Source of the DNA: Jimgerdemannia flammicorona
Lineage: Eukaryota
Length of the DNA: 36,471 nucleotides
Assembly: GCA_003990765.1 (NCBI GenBank)
Contig: RBNJ01000217.1
Coordinates: 1 to 36,471, forward strand
Reading direction: 5' to 3'
A model generated the notes under the pieces. That model was not told the DNA's origin, did not search any database, and worked only from the letters and a program-made list of their open reading frames with translations. Positions 1-11,400 of this stretch are shown piece by piece. Position 1 is the stretch's first letter. Each line of letters opens with the position of its first letter. A program made the translations under genes and the position numbers.

Positions 1-735
1 AGAAAATGATTCAGAAGTATACTGACTATATAAACAATCTGGCAGATCAGGTAAATTTTCTTACAACTACACCGACAGATTTTATCTAGAATGAAGAAAA
101 GGTTCTAGTACTTATATATGGTCTTCCTATAGTATACAATATTATTGTCATAGCTATACAGAAGTCTGGTAAGTTATTGAACTATCTATATATCATAATG
201 AGTCTTTTAAATAAGGAAACAAGGCTGGATAGTACTAATGAGGATTATGATGAGAGAGCATTCTATGACAGAGTACATGGATAAGGTAAAGACAAGCTGA
301 ATAAAGGATAAGGGCAAAGCCAATAGTGCAATAAAGCTAAGTTTGAAGAAAACTGTCATTATTGTAAGAAATAAGAATATAAGATAGAAAATTGCTATTA
401 TAAGTAAAGGAAAAAAGGTAAAAAGAAGAGTGGAAACAAAGGGCAGGCAAATACTATAGATGCTATTAATGAAGATAATAGTAATAGTAGCAGAAATATA
501 TACTTTGCAGAAGTGCTGACCTACCTATATGCAGAAGCCTATTTAGGAGCTAATTTAGATAACACTTTTGGACTAGTGAAAAATACTCTAGATCTATATG
601 CTAGTACTAGTTCTACTATTAGTTTTAACACTAGTCTATTATCTATAAATCCTAGTCTGGAAATACTTTTAGAATAGTGGAAAGTAGTAATACAGCCAGC
701 TCAGTCAATACCAATGTAGGCTATATACTAAGTAT

Positions 736-2070
736 TGTGATAAGCCAAGACATACCACCCGAATCATATCTTAACCAGATGACATGAACAAGATGACGTG
801 AACACTCAGCTTAGTAACCAGCAACCCTTGCTGCGGAAACTGTATAAATAGCCAGATATACCGGAAAGGGTCTGTTTACCTATACAGACTCTGTACACCA
901 TACAGACTCTGTACACTGTACAGGTCCTGTACACCATACAGACTCTGTATACCTGCCATAAGTAGCAGATCTATAGTTAGCCACATAGTAACCAGATAGC
1001 AACCAACTTGTATAAATTACCCCAGTGGCGAGAGTGAATAAAACCTCAGTCCGAAATACAAATACCAAACAAGCCTCTAAAGATTGAGCATTGGTCCCCT
1101 TTCCACTCCAGTCCACTTTCCAATACAAAGCTGATTTTGCCGCCAAGTTCGAGAAAGAACTTCGCCGCCTTTGGAACTATTGGTTCGCTTGCCAGATAAG
1201 CCTGAAGATTTGCCGCCCAAGTTCAAGGAGAACTTCGCCGCCTTTGAAGAGTAATCCGCCACTTAAGGAATAAGCCGCTACGTTTTTGGTTTGCTTGCCA
1301 GATAAGCCTGAAGATTTCCGCCACCTTTCTTGCCACAAGCCAGTCCTTTTGATGCAACTTCGCAGTGGAGCCAGTCTACGACGTAACCCCACGCAAACAA
1401 AGCCAGTCTTTGACGTAACTTGTCAAGAATCCGAGTAGTATTCCCAGTTGAAGCCGATTCAGGAAGAATCCGCGCCATCCGAGTTATCCGAGTTATCCGC
1501 CGCCTTTCGAGTTATCCGCCGTATTCCCAGTTAAAGCCGCCGATTTAGAAGAATCCGCACCACCCGAGTTAATTTCTAGTTAAGTCGCCGCATTCTCAGA
1601 AGAACCCCACTGATTCAGGAAGAATCCGCGTCATCCGAGTTGTTCGTCATTCCCAGTGAGCCCGGTACCGAAGAAACCGCGCCATATATTCCCAGTGAAC
1701 CAAATCGAGTTATCCGCCAAATCCGCATAAGGAGAACCGTTAAATTGCCAGACCGTCATGCACAAGGAGATTGTCGCACCAAGATCGTCGCGCAGAAATC
1801 AGAGATCGTCACTCAAGAAGGAAACCGCTCATGCTACACACAAATTCTGCCATTCCCAGTTGACCCAAGAAGGAGAAGACACACAAATCGCCACTACACC
1901 CAGAGAACTGTCCCAATAAGGAAATCGCTCGCACAGTATCCAGATCTTGACTATTATACCGCTAAATACCAAGAACATTTTGTTGCTTTTAACAAAGTAA
2001 CTGGGGGCTCAAGCCAAACTACATCAACCCCCAACCTTGTAATTTGCCTCCATTGAGCCGGCACGTTACA
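736..2070 (+). mobile_element. Solo LTR (1335 bp) of a long-LTR, probably gypsy-type, family inserted into copia-A
   Basis: Begins TGTGATAAGCC and ends GCACGTTACA, flanked by a 4-bp TSD GTAT (732-735 and 2071-2074). Homologous along its length to 34917-36354. Keeps many CpGs, unlike the host element. Confidence 0.92.
883..954. repeat. 4 x 18-bp tandem array in LTR (unit TACAGACTCTGTACACCA, containing dyad TACAGA-C-TCTGTA)
   Basis: Units start at 883, 901, 919 and 937. The same array is present in the LTR copy at ~35063-35134. Confidence 0.9.
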
Positions 2071-5000
2071 GTATAGATACCAATATATGTAGTGAAGAAG
2101 TTTGGCTCATAGATTCTGATACAATATAATACATAATAGCTCACTGTAAGTGGTTCTCTATATATGAGAAATTTGAGCATTCTTTACCTATTAAGTTGGG
2201 TGATAATAATGTAATCTACACTCAAGATAAGAGAAATGTCAGTATGGAACTATATAGAAATATTGCTGAACCTTACAGGACCTTTATAGATATACTCTAT
2301 ACTCTAGATATAAGCAAAAACCTCTTTTTGATAGGCAAAATAATAGCTCAGAAAGATAAAAGAGTATATATATATCTAAGCAGAGCTATGATATATGATC
2401 TAAAGAGCAATAAAGATCTAATATATATACTGAAAAAGGGAAATATTTACACAATCAATGATATATTGATAGGAGTATATTACTTGACAGTATATTCTAT
2501 ATCTGACAAGGAGATTTGGTATATATGGTATAAATGCTTAGGATATATTGGCAACAGTATCTTGAAATAGATGATAAGAAGTAATTCTGTAAAGGAGTTG
2601 TCAAACTACTCTATACTACCAGATTACAGTTTTTGCAATAATTGTGTGACAAATAAAGCCTTTCAGAAAACCTTTCAGAAATGGATAAAGCAAGTATTTG
2701 GTATCCTTGATTTGATATATATAGATATCTGTAGGTCTATGTGAATTATATCACACTCTGGAAAGAGGTATTTTATTACCTTTATTGATGATTATACTTA
2801 GAAAGCCTATGTATATTTTCTTATAACAAAGAGTGAAGCTTTTGAGAAATTTAAAAAATTTAAAGCAACTATGGAAAATAAAATAGGATATAGAATACAG
2901 ATCCTATACTCAGATAATTATAAAGAATATATCAATAAAATCTTTTAATACTTAAAGAAGCATGGTATTTAATATTCTATGATAGCTCCCTATATGCCTC
3001 AGCAGAATAGTGGGACAGAGTGCTTTAACTATATGATAGTGAAAATATTATATACAATGATAAATTCAGCTAGATTATCATATATCTTTAGGGCCAAAGC
3101 TACATATGAATGTAGTGGTATATATTTGAAATTACACTTCTTCATGAGCTTTAAGTAAGGATTTCAGCAGATCTAATAATAACAAAAATCAGAATTCCAG
3201 AAATGACAGAGATCTTACTCCTGAAGAATTATAGAGTAGATCCAAGATTGATATTTCACAGTTTTGCATATTTAGAAGTAAAGCTTACATTCTGGACAAA
3301 GGCAGCAATTAGTATAAATTTGAGCCTAAGATAGATAAGTATATTTTTAGGATATGAGAGATCAGTATATAGGCTGTAGAATCTGTAGAAGCAGAAGGTT
3401 ATTATCTCTCAAGACATTATATTCAAAGAGACTAAAGATCAGAAATATCATGTGGAAATTCATATCTCTATCTTGAATCCAAAAATATAGCCAACAATAT
3501 CTATACCTGCAATGATAGTCAAAACTATAGCAAAAATATCTTTGACACTTATACTAGTATCAGTACAAACCATATCTATATCAATAAAGCTATTAGAGTC
3601 AAGGATAATAGAAATTATAGATGAGGATAATGAAGAGGATATCTCTCTAAAGAGTAAACAAAAGTGCAAATCTAGATTGTATAATAAAGTTAAAGCAGAT
3701 TTAGGAGATTATTGGGATATTTCTAAGGAATCTCATTGTAATAGGCAACATCACATAAACTATGCTGACACTTGCAAATATGCTTACTTAGCAATGACAG
3801 ATGAGCCTATAATATATAATAAGGTCATATTATTACCAAATAGCAAAGATTGATAATAGTTCACTCATTAGAAATAATAGCTGAGACCTAGTTTCTTTGT
3901 TAGTGGATAGATAAGTTATAGGATCTCAGTGGGTCTATAAGATCAAGTATAAAGCTGATGGAATGATCAAATAATATAAGGTGAGGTTTATGGTAAAAGA
4001 TTATTCACAGGACTTCAGTGTAGAATATGATGAAATATTCTCACTAGTATTCAAACTCATATCCCTAAGGACACTTCTTATAATTAGAGCAGTATACAAT
4101 TTTGAAATTCCACAAATAGATATAAAAATAGCATTCCTGAATAGAGATATAGATATAGAACTATATATTTTCCAACTATAGAGATATGAACTCTATAATA
4201 ATAATAACAATGAGTTCATATATAAACTACATAAAGAACTCTATGAAATCAAGTAAGTAGTATGACTTTGGAATAGAAAAATTAACAAATATCTCTTGGA
4301 CAACAGATTTGAATATTGCAAGGCACATTTGTAGATATACCCAACATATATCTTCTGGAATAATATACTTAGGCATCTGGATTGATGATATCATTATAAT
4401 TGATAAGGCAGATAGAGTTGAAGAAGTTAAGTAAAACTACACCAGAAATTCAAAATGATGGATATGGACAACATATCTTATCTTCTTAGAATATTAATTA
4501 TATATGATAGATATAAGCATACTATATATCTATTGCAAGCCACATATATCTAAGCTATTCTTAAATAATTCGTAATAAGTGAATGTAAGCCAATGGGGAC
4601 ACCTATAGATATTTTGGTAAAGCTAAGAAAGTTAGATACTATATTTGAAAACAATATTCCCTATTGGTAAGCTATAGAAAAGCTTATGTATCTTATGCCC
4701 AAAACAAGGTCTAATATATCCTATACTATAAACAAGATAGTGTAGTACTTGTTATACTATGATAATACATATTAGATGGCAGTTAAGTGCATTCTTTAGT
4801 ATATTAAAGGAATAGTATCCTATATACTCAGTTTGAATGGCAACTTAAGCAGGAGCAGTATAAGGCTATCTGATATATATGATGCAGATTGAGCTGAAGA
4901 TCTTGATTATTGACACTTTATAATAGGATACATCTTTTAATTAAATGAAAAAGAAGCTATTTCATGATAAATATATAAGCAATCTTCAGTAGTAATATCA

Positions 5001-7544
5001 TTTATGTAAGTGAAATATCAAGTATTGTCAATAGTAATAAAGGAAGCTATATAGCTTCAGAAACTGCTAAAGAAGTCAGGATATAAGCAATAATACTCTA
5101 TACTACTCCAACAAGACAATCAGTCTATGATTGTATTAGTAAAGAACCCTATATATCACAATAAAACTAAACATATTGATATTCAATATCATTTTATATA
5201 AGAATGTATGGAAAATAGTACTATATATCAAAATATACTCTGACAGAGTATATGATAGTAGATTTATTGACTAAAGCTCTTCCAAAGGCAAAATTCAATT
5301 TATGTAGAAGTTATAGTGAACTCTATACCAATAACTATATACCAATAATGGTAAGTATTTCAAGTATTTCAACAGAAGTCATGGGACTTTTCATACTTCT
5401 AAAAGAGTTCTACCACATCTTACATATGCATCTTAACATTTATTTGCAGTTCTTACCTGTAACATCTAACTATAGATGATCTTTTACTATATTCATACCT
5501 ATTTTCTGACTTATAAGTAGAGAATTTAGATATTTTCTGATATATAGATAGCATTCTAGTATTATAGCTTAATTATTATAGATTATAGTCTTAGTTTCAA
5601 TTTATTTTGATTTTCTGAGATATTTTATTTATATATCTCATTAGTAGAAGTATTGGAATTAGGTTATTTCAACTATAATATATAAGCATGTGATCTATAT
5701 GCTCTCATATAACTTATATGTTATCAATCTTGACATATAAATTTACAACTTATTGGATAATAAATAACTAGCATTCTTCCTTCATTATTATAACAAATAG
5801 TTACTATAAATACTATAATAAGTATAGATATAAGAAGTATTATTATTATTACTAAGAGAATGACAGAGAGAGTAGTGAAAATAAGCAATAATAAAGAGAT
5901 CAGCATTGGCAATATTAGAGCAGTAAAAAGAACTATTAAAGTAAAAAGAAGTATGATAATACAAATACTACTGAAACTGATAATAATAGTAGTATATTCT
6001 TTATATAAGTAATATATATAGATACTAGTTTTACTATCAATTCTACCAAAGTTGATCATATCTATAGTCTTATAAGTATAGAATATAGTACAGAATCTAC
6101 TTTTAGTTCTATTACTAAATCTACTATTAGTTCTACTAATTCTCTAAGTATGAGATCTATAAGTAGTTCTATCACTAATCTGATATCTTAAATAATAAGC
6201 AAAATACTTTTGGGCTGATAAAGAGTAATAATATCAATACTCTCAGTAGCATAGAGACTGTTAAGTATATATTACTAAATATACTTCAATATAGCCAATA
6301 AAAATAATATCTGGCTTATAGATTCTGACCTACAAAGTATATAATACTATATAGGAAATAGTTCTCAATATATAAGTCTTTTGAATACTTTATACTTATT
6401 AAACTAAGTGATAACAATATTATCTATATTCAATAAAAGAGAAATATAAAGATATATCTCTAATATAATATTATAGAGTCTGCTGGCACTCTTCTAGATA
6501 TATTATATATCTCAAATATTAGCAAAAATCTCTTTTTAATAAAGAAGATAATATCCTATAATAATAAAGATATATATATATACTCAAAGAGTATAATGGT
6601 CTATAACTTAAATAACAATAAGTTAATAATAACCTCAAAATAAGATAATCTTTATATAATTAATAGTATACTAAGTAGTATAAAAGTCTCTATATATGTA
6701 ATAACTATATCTAATATATCTAATATATAACATCAATACTTATAATATATCAGTTAAATAAGCTTAAAACAGATAATAAAATGTAGTTCAGTTACTAACT
6801 TATCAGAATATATATTCTAATGATAGCTTTTATAAAGATTATATAGTGAAAAAAACATCTTGGTACTTATTCAAAGAATAGTTAAAATGTATATCAGAGA
6901 TCCTAGATCTTATATATATAGATATAGATTGCCTAATATATATATATACTATTATACTATGATATAAAGTATTTCATTACATTTATTAATAATTATATAT
7001 ATAAAGTATATATAAATATACTTTCTTTAGCAAAGAGAAAAGCCTTAGACAAATTTCAAAAATTCAAAGCTATTATTGAGAATAATATAAAATATAGAGT
7101 ATATACTATATACTCAGATAATAGATATAAATATATCAATAGTATATTTAAGTATTTCTTAAGAAAATATAGTATATACTACATATCAGATAACATTATC
7201 TTATATATCTCAATAAAATAGTATAGCTAAGTGATTTAACTATATAGTTATTAAAATAATATATATAATAATTCATATAGCTAGATTATTATATTCTTAT
7301 ATATTAGACTGAAGCTATTAATATAATGATATATATCTATAATTAGTATATTTCTCAAGCCCTAAGTAAGAAATCTAGTAATAATAATAGGCAATCTAGA
7401 GATAATAATCTTATCTCTAAAGAATAATAGAGTAGAGCTAGGCCCAATGTATCTCATCTATATATATTTAGATATAATATATATATTCTCAAAAAAAGTA
7501 ATATCAATTGATATAAATTTAAGCTAAAGCTAATAAATATATAT

Positions 7545-8010
7545 TGTAATATATTGGATGCTTACTCTTGAAAATATGTTGGATTTCTGTATCTTGAATA
7601 CTTGATCTTCTCTGACTCCTCAGAGTCCTTGGGATGCAGGGGTGGATGAGTTCAAAGTATATCTGCCTGCAGGCTTACTAGTTCCTTTGCTATCTCTTTG
7701 CTTTTGAACTATTTCGATCTGAGGTTTATTCACTCTAAGATACTGGGTTATTTATATAAGTTTTGCTAACTATAAGGTAGCTAAGTAATAGCTTATTTCA
7801 CAAGTGCTGAATCTTTTAACATCTGATAAGATTTTACTGATTGCAAAGATTCTAACATCTCCTAAATCTTTGCAAACGTTAAAGTTTCTGCACTTTGCAG
7901 AATATGGCTGCTATTTATGAGGCTAAGCTATATTGGGAATTGGATTCAGGTACCATGATCAAATGTCTAATTCCCCTGTTTCATGTTACTAATTCAGATC
8001 AGCCATCATA
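7545..8010 (-). repeat. 3' LTR of gypsy element
   Basis: TGTAAT...CATCATA. Aligns to 13793-14258 with almost only transitions. Adjacent purine tract on the minus strand (AGGAGAAAGA, 8011-8020) is the PPT. Confidence 0.95.
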
Positions 8011-8104
8011 TCTTTCTCCTAAATAGGTGATTTGTCTCAAGAGCATCCTATTCACTCGAATTCTTAGGTTTCTACAATTTGTATTTCCTTATACTATCTG
8101 ATTT

Positions 8105-8416
8105 ATGTCATTACATTCTTCTAATGTTGTCTCTTGATATATCCAAAGTCTCCTGGAGTTACTTCTTGGAAATGGGCTAAGGCTGACTTGTCATCTTTGA
8201 ATAACTTATATACTCTTTTTGCAATTGTGATCTGAGTATAGGAGAGCTGACATTCTCTAATCCAGTCTTCTTTTCCCATCTTCGGTATTAAATTCAGTAG
8301 CTGTCCAACTTGAAGTATTCCTAAAACTCAGTTTGGTTCTGATAGGCCTTAAAATGTGAGATTTGTGATAAGTGTGTTTGCACTATACTCTGGATGCTGT
8401 CAAAGGATTCTTCCAT
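8105..8416 (-). pseudogene. Probable extra small ORF (~100 aa) between integrase and PPT of the gypsy element
   Basis: MEESFDSIQSIVQTHLSQISHFKAYQNQTEF*, then a frameshift into GQLLNLIPKMGKEDWIRECQLSYTQITIAKRVYKLFKDDKSALAHFQEVTPGDFGYIKRQH. A similar motif occurs at 30631-30720. Confidence 0.5.
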
Positions 8417-8499
8417 TATTGGTGGCTCAGTGGAACACCACTGTCTTTCAATGGCTCACTGGGCTGTGCTAGTAATTCTGAGGGCAGCAGTATTACTTC

Positions 8500-11400
8500 A
8501 TTGACTAGTCATGATACTTCTTGAGTCAGTTTCAGTAGATGGTAGTGGGGATGATTGTGCCTGAGAGTTTTCATAGCCAAAAGGTGGTTCCTTTTATATC
8601 TTGCACAAGGTAATAAGGTTCTTCTCACTTGGGCTCCAGTTTTTGTGACCATGAGGCTTCTACTATGTTCCAATACACCAGGACTTTGTCTCCTATCTTG
8701 ATAATCTCCAGAGGTTTGTGGGCTTTTTCTACATTCTTCTGTTGTAGTGCCTGTGTCTTCGTTATGTAATCCTCAGCCTTCTTTCTGATTTGGCGTAGTC
8801 TTCATATTTCTCCATCCATATGTTTCCATACAGCATCCCTATTGAACAATAGGGTTTCTTGAGAACTTTCTTCTCCGAACAATATTTCTCAAGGGGTAAA
8901 GTGGGTACTTTGTGATCTGATATCTTGGAGAGCAGATAATTCTATTGGCAGATAGTGATCCCAGTTTTCATAGTTATCACAGATCTTGACAATAATATTC
9001 TTGAGGGTCTTGTTGGTCCTTTCTGCTTGTCTGTTTCCTTAAGGATGATAGGCTGTAGTCCGAATGTACTGGATCTTGTACTTCTTGTAGAGAACCTCAA
9101 AGAACTAGTTCACAAATTCTGTTCCTCTATCTGTAGTTACTTGCATTGGGGTCTTGAACTGGCAGATAATTTCTTTGTGGAAGAAATTGGCAATTGACTA
9201 TGCATTGGCTTCCTTAAGGGGTCCTGCTTCTATCTACTTCATAAAAAGGTCTATGATGACAATGATATGTATATTGGTTACTAGTCAGAGTCAAGGGTAG
9301 AGGGCCAATTACATCCATTGCTATGTAGGCAAATAGTACTAGTTCTATATATACTGATCCTGGAACTTGGTTTTGTTGGTCTTTTTTCTGTTTCTGGCAT
9401 TTATTGCAGGTTTTGACAAATTGTCTGATATCTTTCTCCATTCCTAGCCACCATATCATTCTTCTTGCCTTGTCATATGTATTTATTTCTCCTAGATGGC
9501 CAAGTTTATGTACTGATTTCATTGCTTGCTCCTTCTTATATTCTGATATGACTAGTAGTTTTCCTTTCTTCAGTATTTGTCCATCAGTTTCAAATTGTTT
9601 CCATGTTCTGTTAATAATTGTTTGCATCTATTCTTCCAGATATTGGGGCATCTTTTGCTGTCCCAGATATGTGATGATTCCATAGTAGAGCTCCTTATTC
9701 ATAATTGATTTGTTGGTTGAAGGTGTTTCAAGGTGTCCATGAGAGAGCATCTGCATTGGAATTTGTTCTTCCAGGGCAGTGTACAATGGTTACATCATAG
9801 GCTTGTAACTTCATTATCCATCTGGCATAGATTTCTTTGGGTTGTCCAGTTGTTAGTAGTCAGGTGAGAGCTGAATGGTCTATCTGAATGGTGAAGTATC
9901 TTCCAGCCAGATAGTAGTGGAACTTTTCCACAGCCCAGATGACTGCAAGGCATTCTAACTTATAGGATTTGTATTCTTTTTCAGCTCCTCGGGTTCCTCA
10001 GCTTAGGTATGCAATGATATACTCTTTTTTGTCTTCCTTTTGAGCTAGAACTGCTCCTAGTTCTTATGCACTTGCATCTGTCTGAAGGATAAACTCTTGG
10101 GTCCAATTGGGTCATCTGAGGATGGGTGCCTGGGTCAGTCTGACCTTGAGTTCATCAAATGCTTTTTGTTATCTACCAGTCCAGTTGAATTTAGTGTTCT
10201 TCTTATTGAGTTCATAGATTAGACCTGCAATATTGGAGAATCCTCTGATAAATCTGTGATAGTAGGAGGCAAGTTCCATGAAGGCTTGGGCTTTTGTAAC
10301 AGTGATGGGCCTTGGGTATGCTGCTACTGCTTGTATCTTAAGGGGGTCTGTGTGCATTCTGTCTCAATTGATAACATGGCCAAGGTAGGAGATCTCGATT
10401 TCTGCAAATTTGCATTTCTTGGGCTTAATATATAGGCCATGCTTTCTCAGTCTTTCCATTATCTGTCATATGTGCTGCAGGTGTTCCTCAGGTGTCTTGC
10501 TGTAGATGATTATATCATTGACATAGACCATCATCCATCTTTCCATGTCATAGTGGAAGATTTTGTTCATTATTCACTGAAAGCTTACTGGTGCATTGTA
10601 TATCTCGAATGGTATTCATAGGTAGATGTAGGTTCCATCTGAGGTAATGAAGGCTGACTTTTCACTTACCATCTCTGTGAGTCTGATTTGGTGGAATCCT
10701 GAGTATAAGTCCAAGGTGCTGTAGTCTGTGCTTCATCTCTCAGTATTATAAGGATGTCACTGATGAGGGGCAGTGGTTGGCAATCCTTCTTGGTAACTGC
10801 ATTGAGCTTTCTATAGTTGACACAGAGTCTTGAGGTGAATTTTCCAGGTTTGCTTCCTTTTTTCGGGGCTAGTACAACTGGTGAAGACCAGGGGCTGCTG
10901 GCTTCTTTGATAATACCAGCTTCTTCTATCTGCTTGATTTCTTCTCTGAGCCATTCTTGGTAGGCTGGTGGGACAGATCTTGCCTTCTGATAAATTGGTT
11001 CAGTGTCTCCAGTATCTACCTCATGATAGTAGTGTGGGGTCTTTTCCTTAATATCCTTGAAATCCATGGTGAGAATATTCTCAAATTCGTGGAGTATTTT
11101 CTTAAGTTCCTCCTTGAGTGGGAATTCATTTCTAATGGTATAACTGTATTTGTTTGTGATTTCCTCCTTCTTATACTTCAGTTCAGTGATCTTGGTACTG
11201 GTGAATACTCCTCTTCCTGTAGATCCAAATCCTTTCTTTCCTCTTTTCATTTCCTCCAAATTCTTGACTTCTATGATCCTTGGTTGTAAGATTGGAAAGA
11301 TCAACATCTGTGCCAATTGGTCCTTCTTCTTGACTGGGAATGGGATTGTAGGATTGTGATTCCTAGCAATGAGCAGGATTTCTCCAGTATAGTCAGAATT

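Larger units (their letters stand above)
1..5320 (+). mobile_element. Degenerate Ty1/copia LTR retrotransposon 'copia-A' (gag-PR-IN-RT-RH; 5' end outside window), interrupted by a solo LTR at 736-2070
   Basis: Copia domain order, read through many stops: gag knuckle CHYCKK*EYKIENC (~355-397), protease WLIDSD (~2102), pre-integrase WYKCLGYIG (~2525), integrase LDLIYIDICRSM..RYFITFIDDYT (~2705-2800), YSDN and PQQNSGTECFN, RT (QIDIKIAFLN ~4115; IWIDDIII ~4380), RNase H DAD*AEDL (~4880), KTKHIDIQYHFI (~5165), MIVDLLTKAL (5252). Confidence 0.9.

Noticed and set aside
883..954. CRISPR-like short repeats (also 34654-34755)
   Set aside because: Head-to-tail tandem units without unique spacers, inside eukaryotic LTRs, and no cas genes.
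1640..2056. 138-aa ORF in the solo LTR and other short LTR ORFs (880-1478, 34592-35598)
   Set aside because: No recognisable domain, built from repeat modules, and the frame is not preserved in the rearranged second copy.
5640..5750. Shared LTR between copia-A and copia-B (PPT-like TTAGTAGAAG then TATT)
   Set aside because: Could not align it convincingly to the putative 3' LTR at ~18247.
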